A stretch of DNA of 64,000 bases from the NCBI GenBank assembly GCA_039208735.1, contig JBCCQY010000031.1:1-64000 (forward strand), given 5' to 3'. The notes beneath the pieces were generated by a model, which searched no databases, was not told the origin of the DNA, and saw only the letters and a program-made list of their open reading frames with translations. The stretch comes from Myxococcota bacterium (lineage in GTDB: Bacteria > Myxococcota_A > UBA796 > GCA-2862545). Positions 16,187-26,333 of the stretch are shown piece by piece (positions within the stretch are counted from its first letter, which is position 1; each line of letters opens with the position of its first letter). Made by a program: the position numbers and the translations under genes.

Positions 16187-17937
16187 GTCTGGGGGGCCGC
16201 CGCGCGCAGGGTCTCATTCCGATGGGCCTGGCGTGCATGGGCCGACCGGGCGATCTGTTGCTCGAGCACATCGACCTCGCGCGCCAACACCGCATGTTCC
16301 TGCCGCGCCCGATCGGCCCGACGTTCAGCCGTTCGCAAATCCGCCGCCGCTTCGTTGAGTTCGAGTTGGGTCGCCTGCCACGTTTCCTTCAACACCGCCT
16401 TGCTGCGCGCGAGGGCCACCACATCGTCAGGGTTGGCGCCCCGCTCTAGCGCAAAGGCTTCCTGAAACGCGCTCCGCTGAAGGGCTTCGTCGCGGGTCAA
16501 TCGCTGCACCACCGATCGACTGTCTTCGACCGATCGCAGGTCGGCGGCCAACCGTTCATGCAGGCGGGCCTCCTCTCGGCGAGCCTTCGTGAGGTGACGC
16601 TGCAAATCGGCGTCGACGGTTTCGATATCAGTGAGCTGCATCGCCAAATGTTCACGTCGTAGCTGCCGTTCACGACGACGCAAATCCGCCGCACGCACCT
16701 CGGGCAACGTGTTCATCATGAGGTCTTCGAAGCGGTAGGGCGTCATGGCGTGAGCCGCGTTGCGAGGCCGCTCGTGTTCGGGCAACCAACCATCGAACTC
16801 CCCGGCAAGGTAGCGGCAGTACTCGTCCTGCAAGGCCCCTGAAAGGTAGATTTTGATCGCGCGCGGTTGGAAGAGCTTCGCGGCAAACAGCGAGACGAAA
16901 ATCAGGATCAAGAAACCCTGGATGCTGCGCTCAGCCGCGGCAAACGAGGGATCTTGAGACAACTCCTCCAGCGCCTTGCGCCGCTCGGCCGCACTGTCCG
17001 TGGGCAACACGATGCCCCACTGGCTCTGCAAGCGCTCCGCATCGTTGGTTTCCAGCGCCCCTGACAACGCCTCAACTTCGGACTCCCTCGCCGACACGAT
17101 GCGGTCGAGTTCGGCTTCGGCGGTCGCGATGCGGGCTTCGATGGTGCGGGCGATAGGACCATACCCACGACGGCCCGAACTCCGCCCCGCAAGTTCGTCC
17201 TCAAGCAGATTCCGATCGTTCCACAGCTGTTCGCGAAGCGCCGCCTCGCGCGCTGCATCCTGGCTTGCAACCTCGGACCGCACCCCGTCGATGATCTGCT
17301 TGCGCTTTAGATCCACGACGTGTTCGATATCGGTGGTGAACAGCATGTCGGCGAGCTGAGGGGCGGTAAGCCACAACGAGCCGCTTACGATGCCAATGCG
17401 CAACAGATATCCGCCGAGCAGGCTCAGTCTTGACATCCAGGGGCTGGCAGTCCGCCCGTACAAGCGACGCTCGATCGAGGGTGCCGCGACGTCCAAAGTC
17501 ATCAGCGTGGCGTCGATCCCCCACACGATCACAAACACCGCCAATCCCGCACAGACCCCGAAGGCCGGCATCAACGGCCCCTCCGAGAGCTGGGACATCA
17601 TACGACCCCACGCAATGCCCTCCGCCGAAGCCATGATGAGGACAAGCACCGTCACGATGAGCAACCACCCCGCGCCCGCCGGCGAAAGTAATCGCTCCCC
17701 GTACGGCCGGAACGTCGCGGTGGCGACCAACAACTCGAGGCCACTCACCGCGCCATTGGCCCGGGGAGGTTTCGCCGGCTCAGGACGAAAGCGGCGACCG
17801 GGCGCATCAGGCAAGGTCAGGGTGGTGACGTCTTTCGCGAGCCGAGGCGCGACAAGGGTGGCGGAATCCTCGGCAACGAGCGGCCCTGGCGGCTGCAGCA
17901 TGGAAACTCCTCGGCATACGCCGGAATCAGTGTCCAT
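16183..17937 (-). CDS. DUF4407-like membrane protein with long coiled coils
   Basis: Three N-terminal TMs, E..G...GRRGYGPIA motif, a fourth TM, C-terminal heptad-rich tail; exact start uncertain. Confidence 0.65.
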   Translation of the reverse strand: MDTDSGVCRGVSMLQPPGPLVAEDSATLVAPRLAKDVTTLTLPDAPGRRFRPEPAKPPRANGAVSGLELLVATATFRPYGERLLSPAGAGWLLIVTVLVLIMASAEGIAWGRMMSQLSEGPLMPAFGVCAGLAVFVIVWGIDATLMTLDVAAPSIERRLYGRTASPWMSRLSLLGGYLLRIGIVSGSLWLTAPQLADMLFTTDIEHVVDLKRKQIIDGVRSEVASQDAAREAALREQLWNDRNLLEDELAGRSSGRRGYGPIARTIEARIATAEAELDRIVSARESEVEALSGALETNDAERLQSQWGIVLPTDSAAERRKALEELSQDPSFAAAERSIQGFLILIFVSLFAAKLFQPRAIKIYLSGALQDEYCRYLAGEFDGWLPEHERPRNAAHAMTPYRFEDLMMNTLPEVRAADLRRRERQLRREHLAMQLTDIETVDADLQRHLTKARREEARLHERLAADLRSVEDSRSVVQRLTRDEALQRSAFQEAFALERGANPDDVVALARSKAVLKETWQATQLELNEAAADLRTAERRADRARQEHAVLAREVDVLEQQIARSAHARQAHRNETLRAAAPQT

Positions 17938-17983
17938 ACGCAGGCGCCCCTACGAGCATTGCAATCCGATCCTTGGGGGGCCT

Positions 17984-18763
17984 CTACGGAGCTTCGGTCG
18001 TCTGAACGAGGGTTCGCCACCGCGCCAGGGTGCTCCACGCCACGCGATCGGCACGCGTGGGCGGCTCCCCGTGCAGCCAGGGGTGGTCATCGTGCTTGTC
18101 GATGAACGTCCCAAAGGCGCCGTTGTCGGTATCTGCTCCCACGAAGTAGCTGTGACGGTCGCGAAACCCGACCTCGAGCCACAACCCACAAGCGGCGAGC
18201 ACGGTGGGGGGATGCAACCGGTACGCTTCCGCCCCCAAGGTGGCGGCGACGGTGGCCTGCCGATCGTAAATCGCGTCGAAAAACCGCATCCCAAGACGCT
18301 CCGGGAGCGCAATCGACGCGCTCACGCAGGTGGTCATCAGCAAGTGATCGAGGGGCCAGCAAAACCGATGTTCCGCCACTTGCTCGCTGATGGCCCCTGC
18401 GAAGTAATGCCGCACATCGATCTGATGAGACGCCGAATCGATCGTGTTGACGACCCCGATTCCGGGCTCACCGTCGAACGGAACGTGCTCCGCAAACCGC
18501 CGCAACAAGTCGAGCCACTCCTGCCGAATGCTGCTCACCTGCACCAACCAGTTCAACGAAACGTCCGCGGCGGCTTGACTCACGGCGACGAGCGACGGCC
18601 CTCCCCTGGCGTCACGCTGCCAAACCGGCTCTTCGCGCAGCACCGTGGCCGCCGAAGTCCGTCCGTGTTCATCGAGCCAGTCCGCATACACGCGCCGCGG
18701 GGCAAGCGCCGTGGGGTCATCCCGGACCGCCCTTAGAAGCACGGTCTCGTCTTCGTCCTTCAT
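17984..18763 (-). CDS. TIGR02996 domain-containing protein
   Basis: LLRAVRDDP....RRVYADWLDEHG at the N-terminus. Confidence 0.8.
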   Translation of the reverse strand: MKDEDETVLLRAVRDDPTALAPRRVYADWLDEHGRTSAATVLREEPVWQRDARGGPSLVAVSQAAADVSLNWLVQVSSIRQEWLDLLRRFAEHVPFDGEPGIGVVNTIDSASHQIDVRHYFAGAISEQVAEHRFCWPLDHLLMTTCVSASIALPERLGMRFFDAIYDRQATVAATLGAEAYRLHPPTVLAACGLWLEVGFRDRHSYFVGADTDNGAFGTFIDKHDDHPWLHGEPPTRADRVAWSTLARWRTLVQTTEAP

Positions 18764-18835
18764 GGTTCGAGTCTACCCGAGTGAACCTATGCCCGCGGGT
18801 TGACATCCCCCGAAGCTTCCGCCACCTTTGACGAG

Positions 18836-18849
18836 TGATTCAGGTTTCA
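18836..18849. promoter_or_regulatory. Putative TetR operator, copy 1 (TGATTCAGGTTTCA)
   Basis: TGA-N8-TCA just upstream of the tetR ATG and downstream of TTGACA(18800)-N17-CACCTT; near-copy at 20863. Confidence 0.5.
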
Positions 18850-18854
18850 GTTCT

Positions 18855-19463
18855 ATGACGACTTCCAAGCCCGCGACCGCACGAGGACGTGCCACCCGCC
18901 AGGCCCTTCTCGATGCGGCGGAATCCGTCTTTGGCGAGACGCGATTCGACGTGGCCTCCATCACCGAGATCACACGACGAGCCAATGTTTCGCAAGGCAC
19001 CTTCTATGTTTACTTCGACAGCAAGAAGGCGATTTTTCTCGAACTCGTACGGCACCTGGGAACCCTGGCCCGCGCGAGCCTCCGCCGTTCGACGGAGGGC
19101 GCCACGACGCGGCTCGATCGTGAAGAACTTGGCCTTCGAGCCTTTCTTTCCTTTGTGTCGGAGCACCGCAATCTCTATCGCATTGTGCGCCAAGCCGAGT
19201 TTATCGACGAAGAGGCGTACCGCGACTATTATCGCAAGTTCGCCCAAGGCTATGTCGCGGGGCTTCGCGGCGCAGTCGACAAGGGGGAAGTTGCTCCTGT
19301 CGATGTGGAGGCGTTGGCCTACGCGTTGATGGGAATTTCCGATTTCATTGGGATGCGCTGGGTGCTGTGGGCCAACGAGGAGTCCGGCGCCGAGGTTCCC
19401 GAAGCCACGATCGAGGCCGTGCTGCATCTGCTGCGCAACGGGTTGCCCCCGGAGAAGACGTGA
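18855..19463 (+). CDS. TetR/AcrR family transcriptional regulator
   Basis: HTH motif ASITEITRRANVSQGTFYVYFDSK. Confidence 0.92.
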   Translation: MTTSKPATARGRATRQALLDAAESVFGETRFDVASITEITRRANVSQGTFYVYFDSKKAIFLELVRHLGTLARASLRRSTEGATTRLDREELGLRAFLSFVSEHRNLYRIVRQAEFIDEEAYRDYYRKFAQGYVAGLRGAVDKGEVAPVDVEALAYALMGISDFIGMRWVLWANEESGAEVPEATIEAVLHLLRNGLPPEKT

Positions 19464-20839
19464 TCGCCTGGGTATTGTTTCTGATCTACGCGGTCGCGAC
19501 CGCCGCACTCGCCCTCATCGCCGGTCGCGGCACAGACTCCGCCCGGGGATTTGCCATTGGCTCCGGCAAGATGAGCCCGCTCGTGGTCGGCATCACGCTG
19601 GGCGCAACGCTGGCCTCTGCGGCCACGTTCGTCCTCTACCCGGGGTTCGTGTACGCAGACGGGCTCGCCGCCCTCATCGGGTTTTCCATCCCGCTCATCT
19701 CGGGACTGGCGATTGGGCTGTTCGTCTTCGCGCCGCGCTTTCAGGCGATTGGCGCCCCCGCGGACGCCCTCACCGTGCCTCACTGGCTCGGCGCCCGGTA
19801 CGGCGATTTCGGCCTGCGCAGACTCTTCGCCTTGCTCCAGGTCCTCAACGTCGCGTACCTCGTGCTCATCGTGGTGGGGTGCGGCTACGTCGTCGAGGCT
19901 TCGCTCGGGGTGTCCTACCCGCAAGCGATCGTGGGCATCACGCTGTTTGTCTTTGGCTACACCGCACTCGGGGGAGCCACCGCCCACGCCTTTACGAACA
20001 CCCTGCAGGGCCTAATGATGCTCGTGGTGTCGGTCGCGGTGTTCCTGTCGGGTCTGCACACCTGGCCCGAAACCTGGGCTTCGCTACGCGACAGCGGGTT
20101 TGTCGCGCCCGAAGGCCTCATCTACCGCACACCATTCGAAGTCTTGGGCGTTCCCTTCTTCATTGGCATCGCCCTGACCACCCAGCCCCACCTGCTCTCC
20201 AAGGCCCTGTACGTGAAGGGCGCGCGAGCCTTGCGCACCACGCTGTCGATCGGCCTTGGCACGTACGCCACCTACGCGCTGATGCTGTCCGCAGGCGCCT
20301 ATGCGCGCGTGCTCCTGCCGGCAGGCATCCCGCAAGACCGGGTGGTCGCAGAGTACCTGCAGATCGCCTTTTCCTGGCCCCCCATTGGTGCCGCGATCAG
20401 CGTCGCCATCCTCGCGGCAAGCATGTCGACCATGGATGGCCTGCTCGTCGCCATCGCAGCGTCCATCGGCAACGACGTCATCCCCGGGCGAGGCACGGTC
20501 TGGCTGAATCGCCTTGTGCTCGCAGGGCTGGCCATCGGCACGTTGGCCTTGGCATGGAGCCCGCCAGCGGCCGTTTTGCTCCTCGGCCAACTCGGAGTCT
20601 ACGGTCTGGCGACGGCCTCGGTGGGACCGCTCGTGGCGGGACTGGGAACGACACGGCCCTTGCAGTCCTGGCCTGCTTGGCTCGCCACCCTCGTGCCACT
20701 TGCGATCCACCTCGGTCTGGCCCTCACCATCGTCGACAACCCAGGCATCTCGGCAATCCTCGGCATGGCCGTCGGCGTCCCCCTCGGGCTCATCGCTTGG
20801 GTCTTGCCGCCACCACGCTTGAAAGCCGGTAGCGCGTGA
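19460..20839 (+). CDS. Sodium:solute symporter family transporter
   Basis: About 13 hydrophobic segments; ATLASAATF, YTALGG, AILAASMSTMDG; GTGA overlap with tetR. Confidence 0.88.
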   Translation: MIAWVLFLIYAVATAALALIAGRGTDSARGFAIGSGKMSPLVVGITLGATLASAATFVLYPGFVYADGLAALIGFSIPLISGLAIGLFVFAPRFQAIGAPADALTVPHWLGARYGDFGLRRLFALLQVLNVAYLVLIVVGCGYVVEASLGVSYPQAIVGITLFVFGYTALGGATAHAFTNTLQGLMMLVVSVAVFLSGLHTWPETWASLRDSGFVAPEGLIYRTPFEVLGVPFFIGIALTTQPHLLSKALYVKGARALRTTLSIGLGTYATYALMLSAGAYARVLLPAGIPQDRVVAEYLQIAFSWPPIGAAISVAILAASMSTMDGLLVAIAASIGNDVIPGRGTVWLNRLVLAGLAIGTLALAWSPPAAVLLLGQLGVYGLATASVGPLVAGLGTTRPLQSWPAWLATLVPLAIHLGLALTIVDNPGISAILGMAVGVPLGLIAWVLPPPRLKAGSA

Positions 20840-20862
20840 CGAACCAAGGAATTTCCGAGAGG

Positions 20863-20876
20863 TGATTCAGTCGTCA
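20863..20876. promoter_or_regulatory. Putative TetR operator, copy 2 (TGATTCAGTCGTCA)
   Basis: Shares TGATTCAG---TCA with the 18836 site; lies in the intergenic gap before the hydrolase. Confidence 0.5.
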
Positions 20877-20928
20877 TGTTTTTCCGCTAGGATGGCCGGA
20901 CGGCACCGTTGCCCATCGGAGAACCACC

Positions 20929-22074
20929 ATGATTCTCACTGTCCTTCCGCTGATCGCATGCACGACCAAGGCCCCACCTGAAGTGGCCGCGCCTCCCGAG
21001 CCCGAACCGGAACCTGTGGTGACAATGATGGACGCCAGCGTGCCAACCCTCGACGGCATCACCTCCGCGATGGTCAAGACGTCGACGATCCGACAACACG
21101 TCTTGATGTCGGGCCCAGACGACGGCGTGCCGGTGGTGTTTGTGCACGGCAACGTGTCGTCGGCCACCTTCTGGGAGGACACCATGCTCGGACTGCCCGA
21201 AGGATTCCGATCGGTCGCTGTCGATCTGCGAGGCTATGGCGACACCGAGGCGGTGCCGGTGGACCCTGCGCGCGGCCTTTCCGACATGGCCGAGGACGTG
21301 TGGGCGTTGGTCGATACGCTCGAACTGGGTTCCGTCCACCTGGTGGGACACAGCATGGGTGGTGGCGTCGTGATGAAGGCGATGCTGCAACGCCCCGACG
21401 CATTGCGCAGTGTGACCCTCGTCGATCCGGTTTCGCCCTACGGCTATGGCGGCAGCAAGGGAGCAGAAGGGGCCATGACGTACCCGGACGGGGCTCCAAC
21501 CGGCGTGAATCCAGATTTCGTAGCGCAACTCACGGCCAAAGCCATGGGCGACGAAAACCCCATGGCCCCGCGCAACGTGTTCCGCGCATTCTATGTGAAG
21601 CCACCCTTCGTGCCCGAACGTGAGGATGCCTACGTCGCCTCCATGCTGTCGACAAAGGTGGGGGATGCGTTCTACCCAGGCACCCAAGTGGCATCCGAGA
21701 GCTGGCCCGGCGCCGCCCCGGGCGACCAAGGCATCTTGCCCGCGTTCAACCGCAAGAACTTCGATGCATCGGGCATCGCCGACCTCGAAACCAAGCCACC
21801 GGTGCTGTGGATTCGTGGTGCAGACGACCAGATCGTGGCGGATGCCGCGATGTTCGATCTGGCAAACCTCGGCAAACTAGGCGCCATTCCGGGCTGGCCT
21901 GGTGATGAGGTCTGCCCGCCACAGCCGATGGTGGCCCAAACCCGTGCCGTTCTCGAGACGTACCAGACCAACGGGGGCACCTACACTGAAGTGGTCATCG
22001 AGGAATCGGGCCACAGCCCCTTCATCGACCAGCCCAAGGCCTTTGGTGAGGCCCTGCACGCCCACCTGCAATGA
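20929..22074 (+). CDS. Alpha/beta hydrolase with lipoprotein-like N-terminus
   Basis: HGN, DLRGYG, GHSMGG nucleophile elbow, SGHSPF; MILTVLPLIA-C. Confidence 0.9.
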   Translation: MILTVLPLIACTTKAPPEVAAPPEPEPEPVVTMMDASVPTLDGITSAMVKTSTIRQHVLMSGPDDGVPVVFVHGNVSSATFWEDTMLGLPEGFRSVAVDLRGYGDTEAVPVDPARGLSDMAEDVWALVDTLELGSVHLVGHSMGGGVVMKAMLQRPDALRSVTLVDPVSPYGYGGSKGAEGAMTYPDGAPTGVNPDFVAQLTAKAMGDENPMAPRNVFRAFYVKPPFVPEREDAYVASMLSTKVGDAFYPGTQVASESWPGAAPGDQGILPAFNRKNFDASGIADLETKPPVLWIRGADDQIVADAAMFDLANLGKLGAIPGWPGDEVCPPQPMVAQTRAVLETYQTNGGTYTEVVIEESGHSPFIDQPKAFGEALHAHLQ

Positions 22075-23525
22075 GAGCCCTCGCCAACGAACCCGAGGCC
22101 CACGCACGGTTCCACCCCCAGGGGGAGGCCCTGGTGGACCTCGACCACGATCTACGCTGGACCTGGTCCGATCTGCTCGACCAGTCGCGCCGGTGGACCA
22201 CGGTCCTGCGGGATCAAGGCGTTGGCAAAGGGGACCGCGTGGCGGTCCTCGCGCATAACCATGCCGCCACGTTCGCGGTGCTCTACGCCTGTGCGGAACT
22301 CGGCGCGGTGCTCTTTCCCATGAATTGGCGGCTGTCGGAGGCGGAGTGGCGCTGGCAGCTCGACCATGCACAACCCAGAGCGATCCTTGCCGATGCCGCG
22401 CATCGTCCCCAACTCGAGGGCGACGTCTTGGCACTCGAGGTGCCGCCCGCCGCCCCTCCGTCCGAGGGCCCGGGCGGCTCCCTCGACGATCCGTTCATGT
22501 TGCTCTACACGTCGGGCACGTCGGGTCGTCCTAAGGGGGCGATGCTCTCGCACCGCCAGGTGTTCGTCAACGCGGTGAACACGGTGCTCGCCTGCGGCAT
22601 CGACCGCACCTGCAGCACACTCACCTTCACGCCGCTCTTCCACACGGGTGGGCTCAACTGTCTTTCGACCCCTCTGCTGCATGCAGGAGGTCGCATTGTG
22701 CTCGCGGGCAGCGTTCAGCCGGCTCGAGACCTTCGGGTCATCGCGGACGAAGGCATCACCCACCTCATGGGAGTGCCCACGATCTACCAGATGATGGCCG
22801 ACGACCCAGCGTTTGACGATGCCGACCTGTCGAGCGTGCGCGATGCGCTGTGCGGGGGGGCTCCGCTTTCGGTCGACCTCCTGCAGCGCTACCTCGACCG
22901 TGGCGTGCCGCTCCGCCAGGGGTACGGACTGACCGAGGTTGGCCCTAACTGCTTCAGCATGCCACATGCGGATCAGCCGCGAAAGCTGGGCTCGGTCGGA
23001 AAACCCATCCACCATGTGGCCATGCGTCTCGTCACCGCCAACGGCCGAGATGCTGCAGTCGATGAGCCGGGCGAACTCTGGCTTTCTGGACCGACGGTGT
23101 TCTCGGGCTACCTCGATGCCCCCGAAGCCACGGCGGCCGCGTTTGACGGGCCATGGTTCAAGACGGGCGACGTGTTGTCACGCGATACCGAAGGATTCTA
23201 CACCGTCTGCGGGCGCATCAAGGAGATGTTCATCAGCGGCGGGGAGAACGTGTACCCGGCCGAGGTGGAAGCCGCGATCTACGCACTGTCGGGCGTGGCT
23301 CAGGTCGCGGTGCTGGGGGTTGCGGACGCCCGCTGGGGGGAAGTCGGCCACGCGTTCGTCGAACCCCGGCCGGGGGTCACCCTGGCCGGCGATGCGCTTG
23401 CATCGGCCCTCGCCCAGCGACTAGCAAGGTACAAAGTTCCGAAACACTGGACCATCGAAGAAGCCTTGCCGCGAACCGGCGCGGGAAAGCTCGATAAGCA
23501 AGCTTTGCTAGATCGAATGGTGTAG
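22071..23525 (+). CDS. Acyl-CoA synthetase (AMP-binding, FadD/MenE-like)
   Basis: YTSGTSGRPKG, QGYGLTE, FKTGD, SGGENVYPAEVE, GAGK. Confidence 0.93.
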   Translation: MRALANEPEAHARFHPQGEALVDLDHDLRWTWSDLLDQSRRWTTVLRDQGVGKGDRVAVLAHNHAATFAVLYACAELGAVLFPMNWRLSEAEWRWQLDHAQPRAILADAAHRPQLEGDVLALEVPPAAPPSEGPGGSLDDPFMLLYTSGTSGRPKGAMLSHRQVFVNAVNTVLACGIDRTCSTLTFTPLFHTGGLNCLSTPLLHAGGRIVLAGSVQPARDLRVIADEGITHLMGVPTIYQMMADDPAFDDADLSSVRDALCGGAPLSVDLLQRYLDRGVPLRQGYGLTEVGPNCFSMPHADQPRKLGSVGKPIHHVAMRLVTANGRDAAVDEPGELWLSGPTVFSGYLDAPEATAAAFDGPWFKTGDVLSRDTEGFYTVCGRIKEMFISGGENVYPAEVEAAIYALSGVAQVAVLGVADARWGEVGHAFVEPRPGVTLAGDALASALAQRLARYKVPKHWTIEEALPRTGAGKLDKQALLDRMV

Positions 23526-23526
23526 C

Positions 23527-25212
23527 CTACGGTCCAAACCATCCCAGGATGCGGGCCACCGCAAACGTGCCCCCTTCGATGCGAATGCGTCCGTCGGCGA
23601 CGGCCAACGCTGGCGAAATCTGTTTGGCGGACATGCGTTTGAAGGTCGCGGAGTCCGTCACAAGCTTGCGATCCACCCCGGTCGCGGGTCGCTCACGCAG
23701 CTCAGCTACACCATGGCGCACGTGCAGTACGAACGTACGCTTTAAATCGGAGAACTCCAGGGCGACCTGTTCGTCAACGTCCAGGACATCCTCGGCCCGG
23801 AGTCGAGACGGCATTGCCGACAAGAACGCGTCGATGGGAATCGAGGTGACGAGTTCGGGCGGACTCTTGGCCGAATCAAATGGTTTTACCTCAATCTCTC
23901 CGCGAAGCTGACCGGCTTGGGTGAGGTACCAGTGGCGTACATTCATGTTGCGATGGCCTTCCGCTCGGGCATCGTAGATGGAAGCCAGGGTGGCTCTGGC
24001 TTGAGCGTCCTGGGGGGCCGACTCGACCCAGAGCCGCCCGATCTCGGCGGCCCAGGCCAAATCGCCATCGGCCAAGGCCAGAGCGGTGGCTTCCGAAAGG
24101 GGCACCCCAGCGCCAAAGGCCTCGGCGTAGCGGCGCGCCCGTTCGGCCGGCGGCACCGGCTCGAGATCGCTCGCATCACCGTCAAACCAGCCAAGGTACC
24201 CGTCCACAATGGCCCGCACCGCATGGGGCACCATGCCGTAGTGTTCCTGCAACCAGGGATGTGAGGCGAGGTGGGGCGGAAGCCGGATCGTCGCTGCAAG
24301 CTCGTCCCGAGATTGGCCCTGGTTCATGCCGCGCACCGTTTGGTCGTGGACGTACTGGATGCCGTCACGGTAGGCCCGCAGGACGCTCTCGACTTCGGCA
24401 GCTCCCACCACGGGGCGGGTGTGACTCGGTACGAGCACCTCGGGGTTCCGGTCGCGCATCGCATCGAGGCTGCGAACCCAATCGCTTGTGTCGCGCGGTC
24501 GGGTACCCCGGAGCGTGTAGAGGTTCGGGTAGGCCTGGTAGATGTTGTCGCCGGGCAGCAGAATGCGCCGATCGGGCAGGAATACGAAAATCTGATCGTC
24601 GGTTTCCCCGGGCGCATGGACGAGTTCGAGCTGCAAACCCGCCACCTCGATCTCGATTCGCCCCTCGAAGGTGTGGGTGGGCCGCGCCAGTGCGATCTTG
24701 GCTGGATCGAAGCGGAGACGGGGGCCGATTCCCGCTTCAATTCGTCGCGATTCCGGGATGGCCGTTCCGAACATGGTCAGGCTGCGCACCTGTAGGGTGT
24801 CACGGATCACGTTGACCACACGGTCGATGTGAGATTCGGTGGTCGCGTGCGCCCAAATGGGCACGTCTTTGCCTTCCGACATCACCCCGCTGCCAAACAC
24901 GTGGTCGGCGTGATTGTGGGTGAAGATGATGGCCGCTAGAGGTTTGTCGGTGATTTTCCGAAACTCCGTCAACACCTCACGCGCCGCTGTGCCCGATTCC
25001 ATGGTGTCGACGATGACCACCCCATCGTCACCCTCGAGGAGAATCGAGTTGGCGAGGCCGAACCCAATTGCGACGTGCACCCCGTCAACGACCTCAATCA
25101 CCTCCCGGCGGAAGAGCCCCTCGCGCAAGGTCAACGACGCTTCGGCAGTCGGAGCGGGAGCAGGATCCGGGGCCGGGGAGTTGCACGCAAGCCACGTCCA
25201 GAGCCACACCAT
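23527..25212 (-). CDS. Alkyl/aryl-sulfatase (MBL fold) with C-terminal SCP2-like domain; lipoprotein-like N-terminus
   Basis: THNHADH, APGETDD, PNLYTLRG, YLGWFDG; GAGGAGG then MVWLWTWLA-C. Confidence 0.9.
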   Translation of the reverse strand: MVWLWTWLACNSPAPDPAPAPTAEASLTLREGLFRREVIEVVDGVHVAIGFGLANSILLEGDDGVVIVDTMESGTAAREVLTEFRKITDKPLAAIIFTHNHADHVFGSGVMSEGKDVPIWAHATTESHIDRVVNVIRDTLQVRSLTMFGTAIPESRRIEAGIGPRLRFDPAKIALARPTHTFEGRIEIEVAGLQLELVHAPGETDDQIFVFLPDRRILLPGDNIYQAYPNLYTLRGTRPRDTSDWVRSLDAMRDRNPEVLVPSHTRPVVGAAEVESVLRAYRDGIQYVHDQTVRGMNQGQSRDELAATIRLPPHLASHPWLQEHYGMVPHAVRAIVDGYLGWFDGDASDLEPVPPAERARRYAEAFGAGVPLSEATALALADGDLAWAAEIGRLWVESAPQDAQARATLASIYDARAEGHRNMNVRHWYLTQAGQLRGEIEVKPFDSAKSPPELVTSIPIDAFLSAMPSRLRAEDVLDVDEQVALEFSDLKRTFVLHVRHGVAELRERPATGVDRKLVTDSATFKRMSAKQISPALAVADGRIRIEGGTFAVARILGWFGP

Positions 25213-25289
25213 CGAAACCTCCTCACCAGCAGGCAGGATCCCACCCCCGCCATCGCAAAGCAAGCGGTAGGGTGCCTCGGGGAGACGCC

Positions 25290-26315
25290 ATGGCAAAACG
25301 CATCTTGTTCATTGGGGGCACCGGGTTCATGGGTGCCCGAGCGGTGACCCAGCTCGTGGAAGCCGGCCACGAGGTCACGGTCTTCCACCGCGGCGAAACC
25401 GACCGAACCCCTGACGGCACCCGGCACATTCACGGCGACCGAAGTGACCTTGCCGCTCACCGCGAAGCATTTCGCGCTCTGCAGCCCGAGGTCGTGGTCC
25501 ATATGATTGCTGCCACGGCCCAAGAAGCCTGGACCGCGCGGCAGCTGTTCGAAGGCTCGGTCGGCCACATCGTCTTGGCCTCGAGTGTCGACGTCACCGC
25601 AGCCTACGGTCGGTTGTTTGCGCCAACGGACGCCCCATTGGTCGACCTTCCCCTCACGCCCAACAGCCCACTCCGAAACCGGCTGCACCCCTACCGCACC
25701 CAGGCCGAAGCCATCGAAGACCCCGAACGCCGCGAACGGGTCGCGGACTACGACAAGATCGTTGTGGAAAGTATCTTTCAGGCGAGCACCGACTTCGCCG
25801 TGACGACGCTGCGGTTTCCGATGGTGCATGGCCCGGGCGACCCCCAACGCCGTTTCGGGGCATACCTGACTCGGATGGATGCGGGACGCGAGGCGATCCT
25901 GCTCGACACTCAGCAGGCGGAGTGGCGAACCGCCCGGGCCTACGTGGATGACATGGGCCGGGTCATTGCGCGTGCGGCCACCTTGCCGGCCGAGGGCCAT
26001 CGAACCTTCGTGCTCGGTGACCAACCGACGCGCACCGAACGCGCCTGGCTCGAAGCCCTCGCGGCACAGGTGGGGTGGTCCGGTCGCATCGTGACGGCCC
26101 ACCCGCTGCCCGAAGGCCTAGCCCCCACGGTCGACTTCCGGCAGTGCCTCGATGTCGATCCGACCGCTGCCATCACCGCCTTCGACCTTCCGGCCCCTAC
26201 CCCACTCGAGGAGCAGCTCGCGGCGACGGTCGCTGACGAACGTGCCCGAGGGCCCATCGAAGAAGACTACGCAGCGGAAGACGCCGCACTCGCGAGCCTC
26301 TCGCAGGACGGGTAA
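25290..26315 (+). CDS. NAD-dependent epimerase/dehydratase family protein
   Basis: ILFIGGTGFMG, VFHRG, YDKI, PMVHGPGD. Confidence 0.85.
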   Translation: MAKRILFIGGTGFMGARAVTQLVEAGHEVTVFHRGETDRTPDGTRHIHGDRSDLAAHREAFRALQPEVVVHMIAATAQEAWTARQLFEGSVGHIVLASSVDVTAAYGRLFAPTDAPLVDLPLTPNSPLRNRLHPYRTQAEAIEDPERRERVADYDKIVVESIFQASTDFAVTTLRFPMVHGPGDPQRRFGAYLTRMDAGREAILLDTQQAEWRTARAYVDDMGRVIARAATLPAEGHRTFVLGDQPTRTERAWLEALAAQVGWSGRIVTAHPLPEGLAPTVDFRQCLDVDPTAAITAFDLPAPTPLEEQLAATVADERARGPIEEDYAAEDAALASLSQDG

Positions 26316-26333
26316 GGTCGACGAGGAGGAGCC

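Noticed and set aside
22071..23525. menE assignment
   Set aside because: No other men genes nearby; the context favours a catabolic acyl-CoA ligase.
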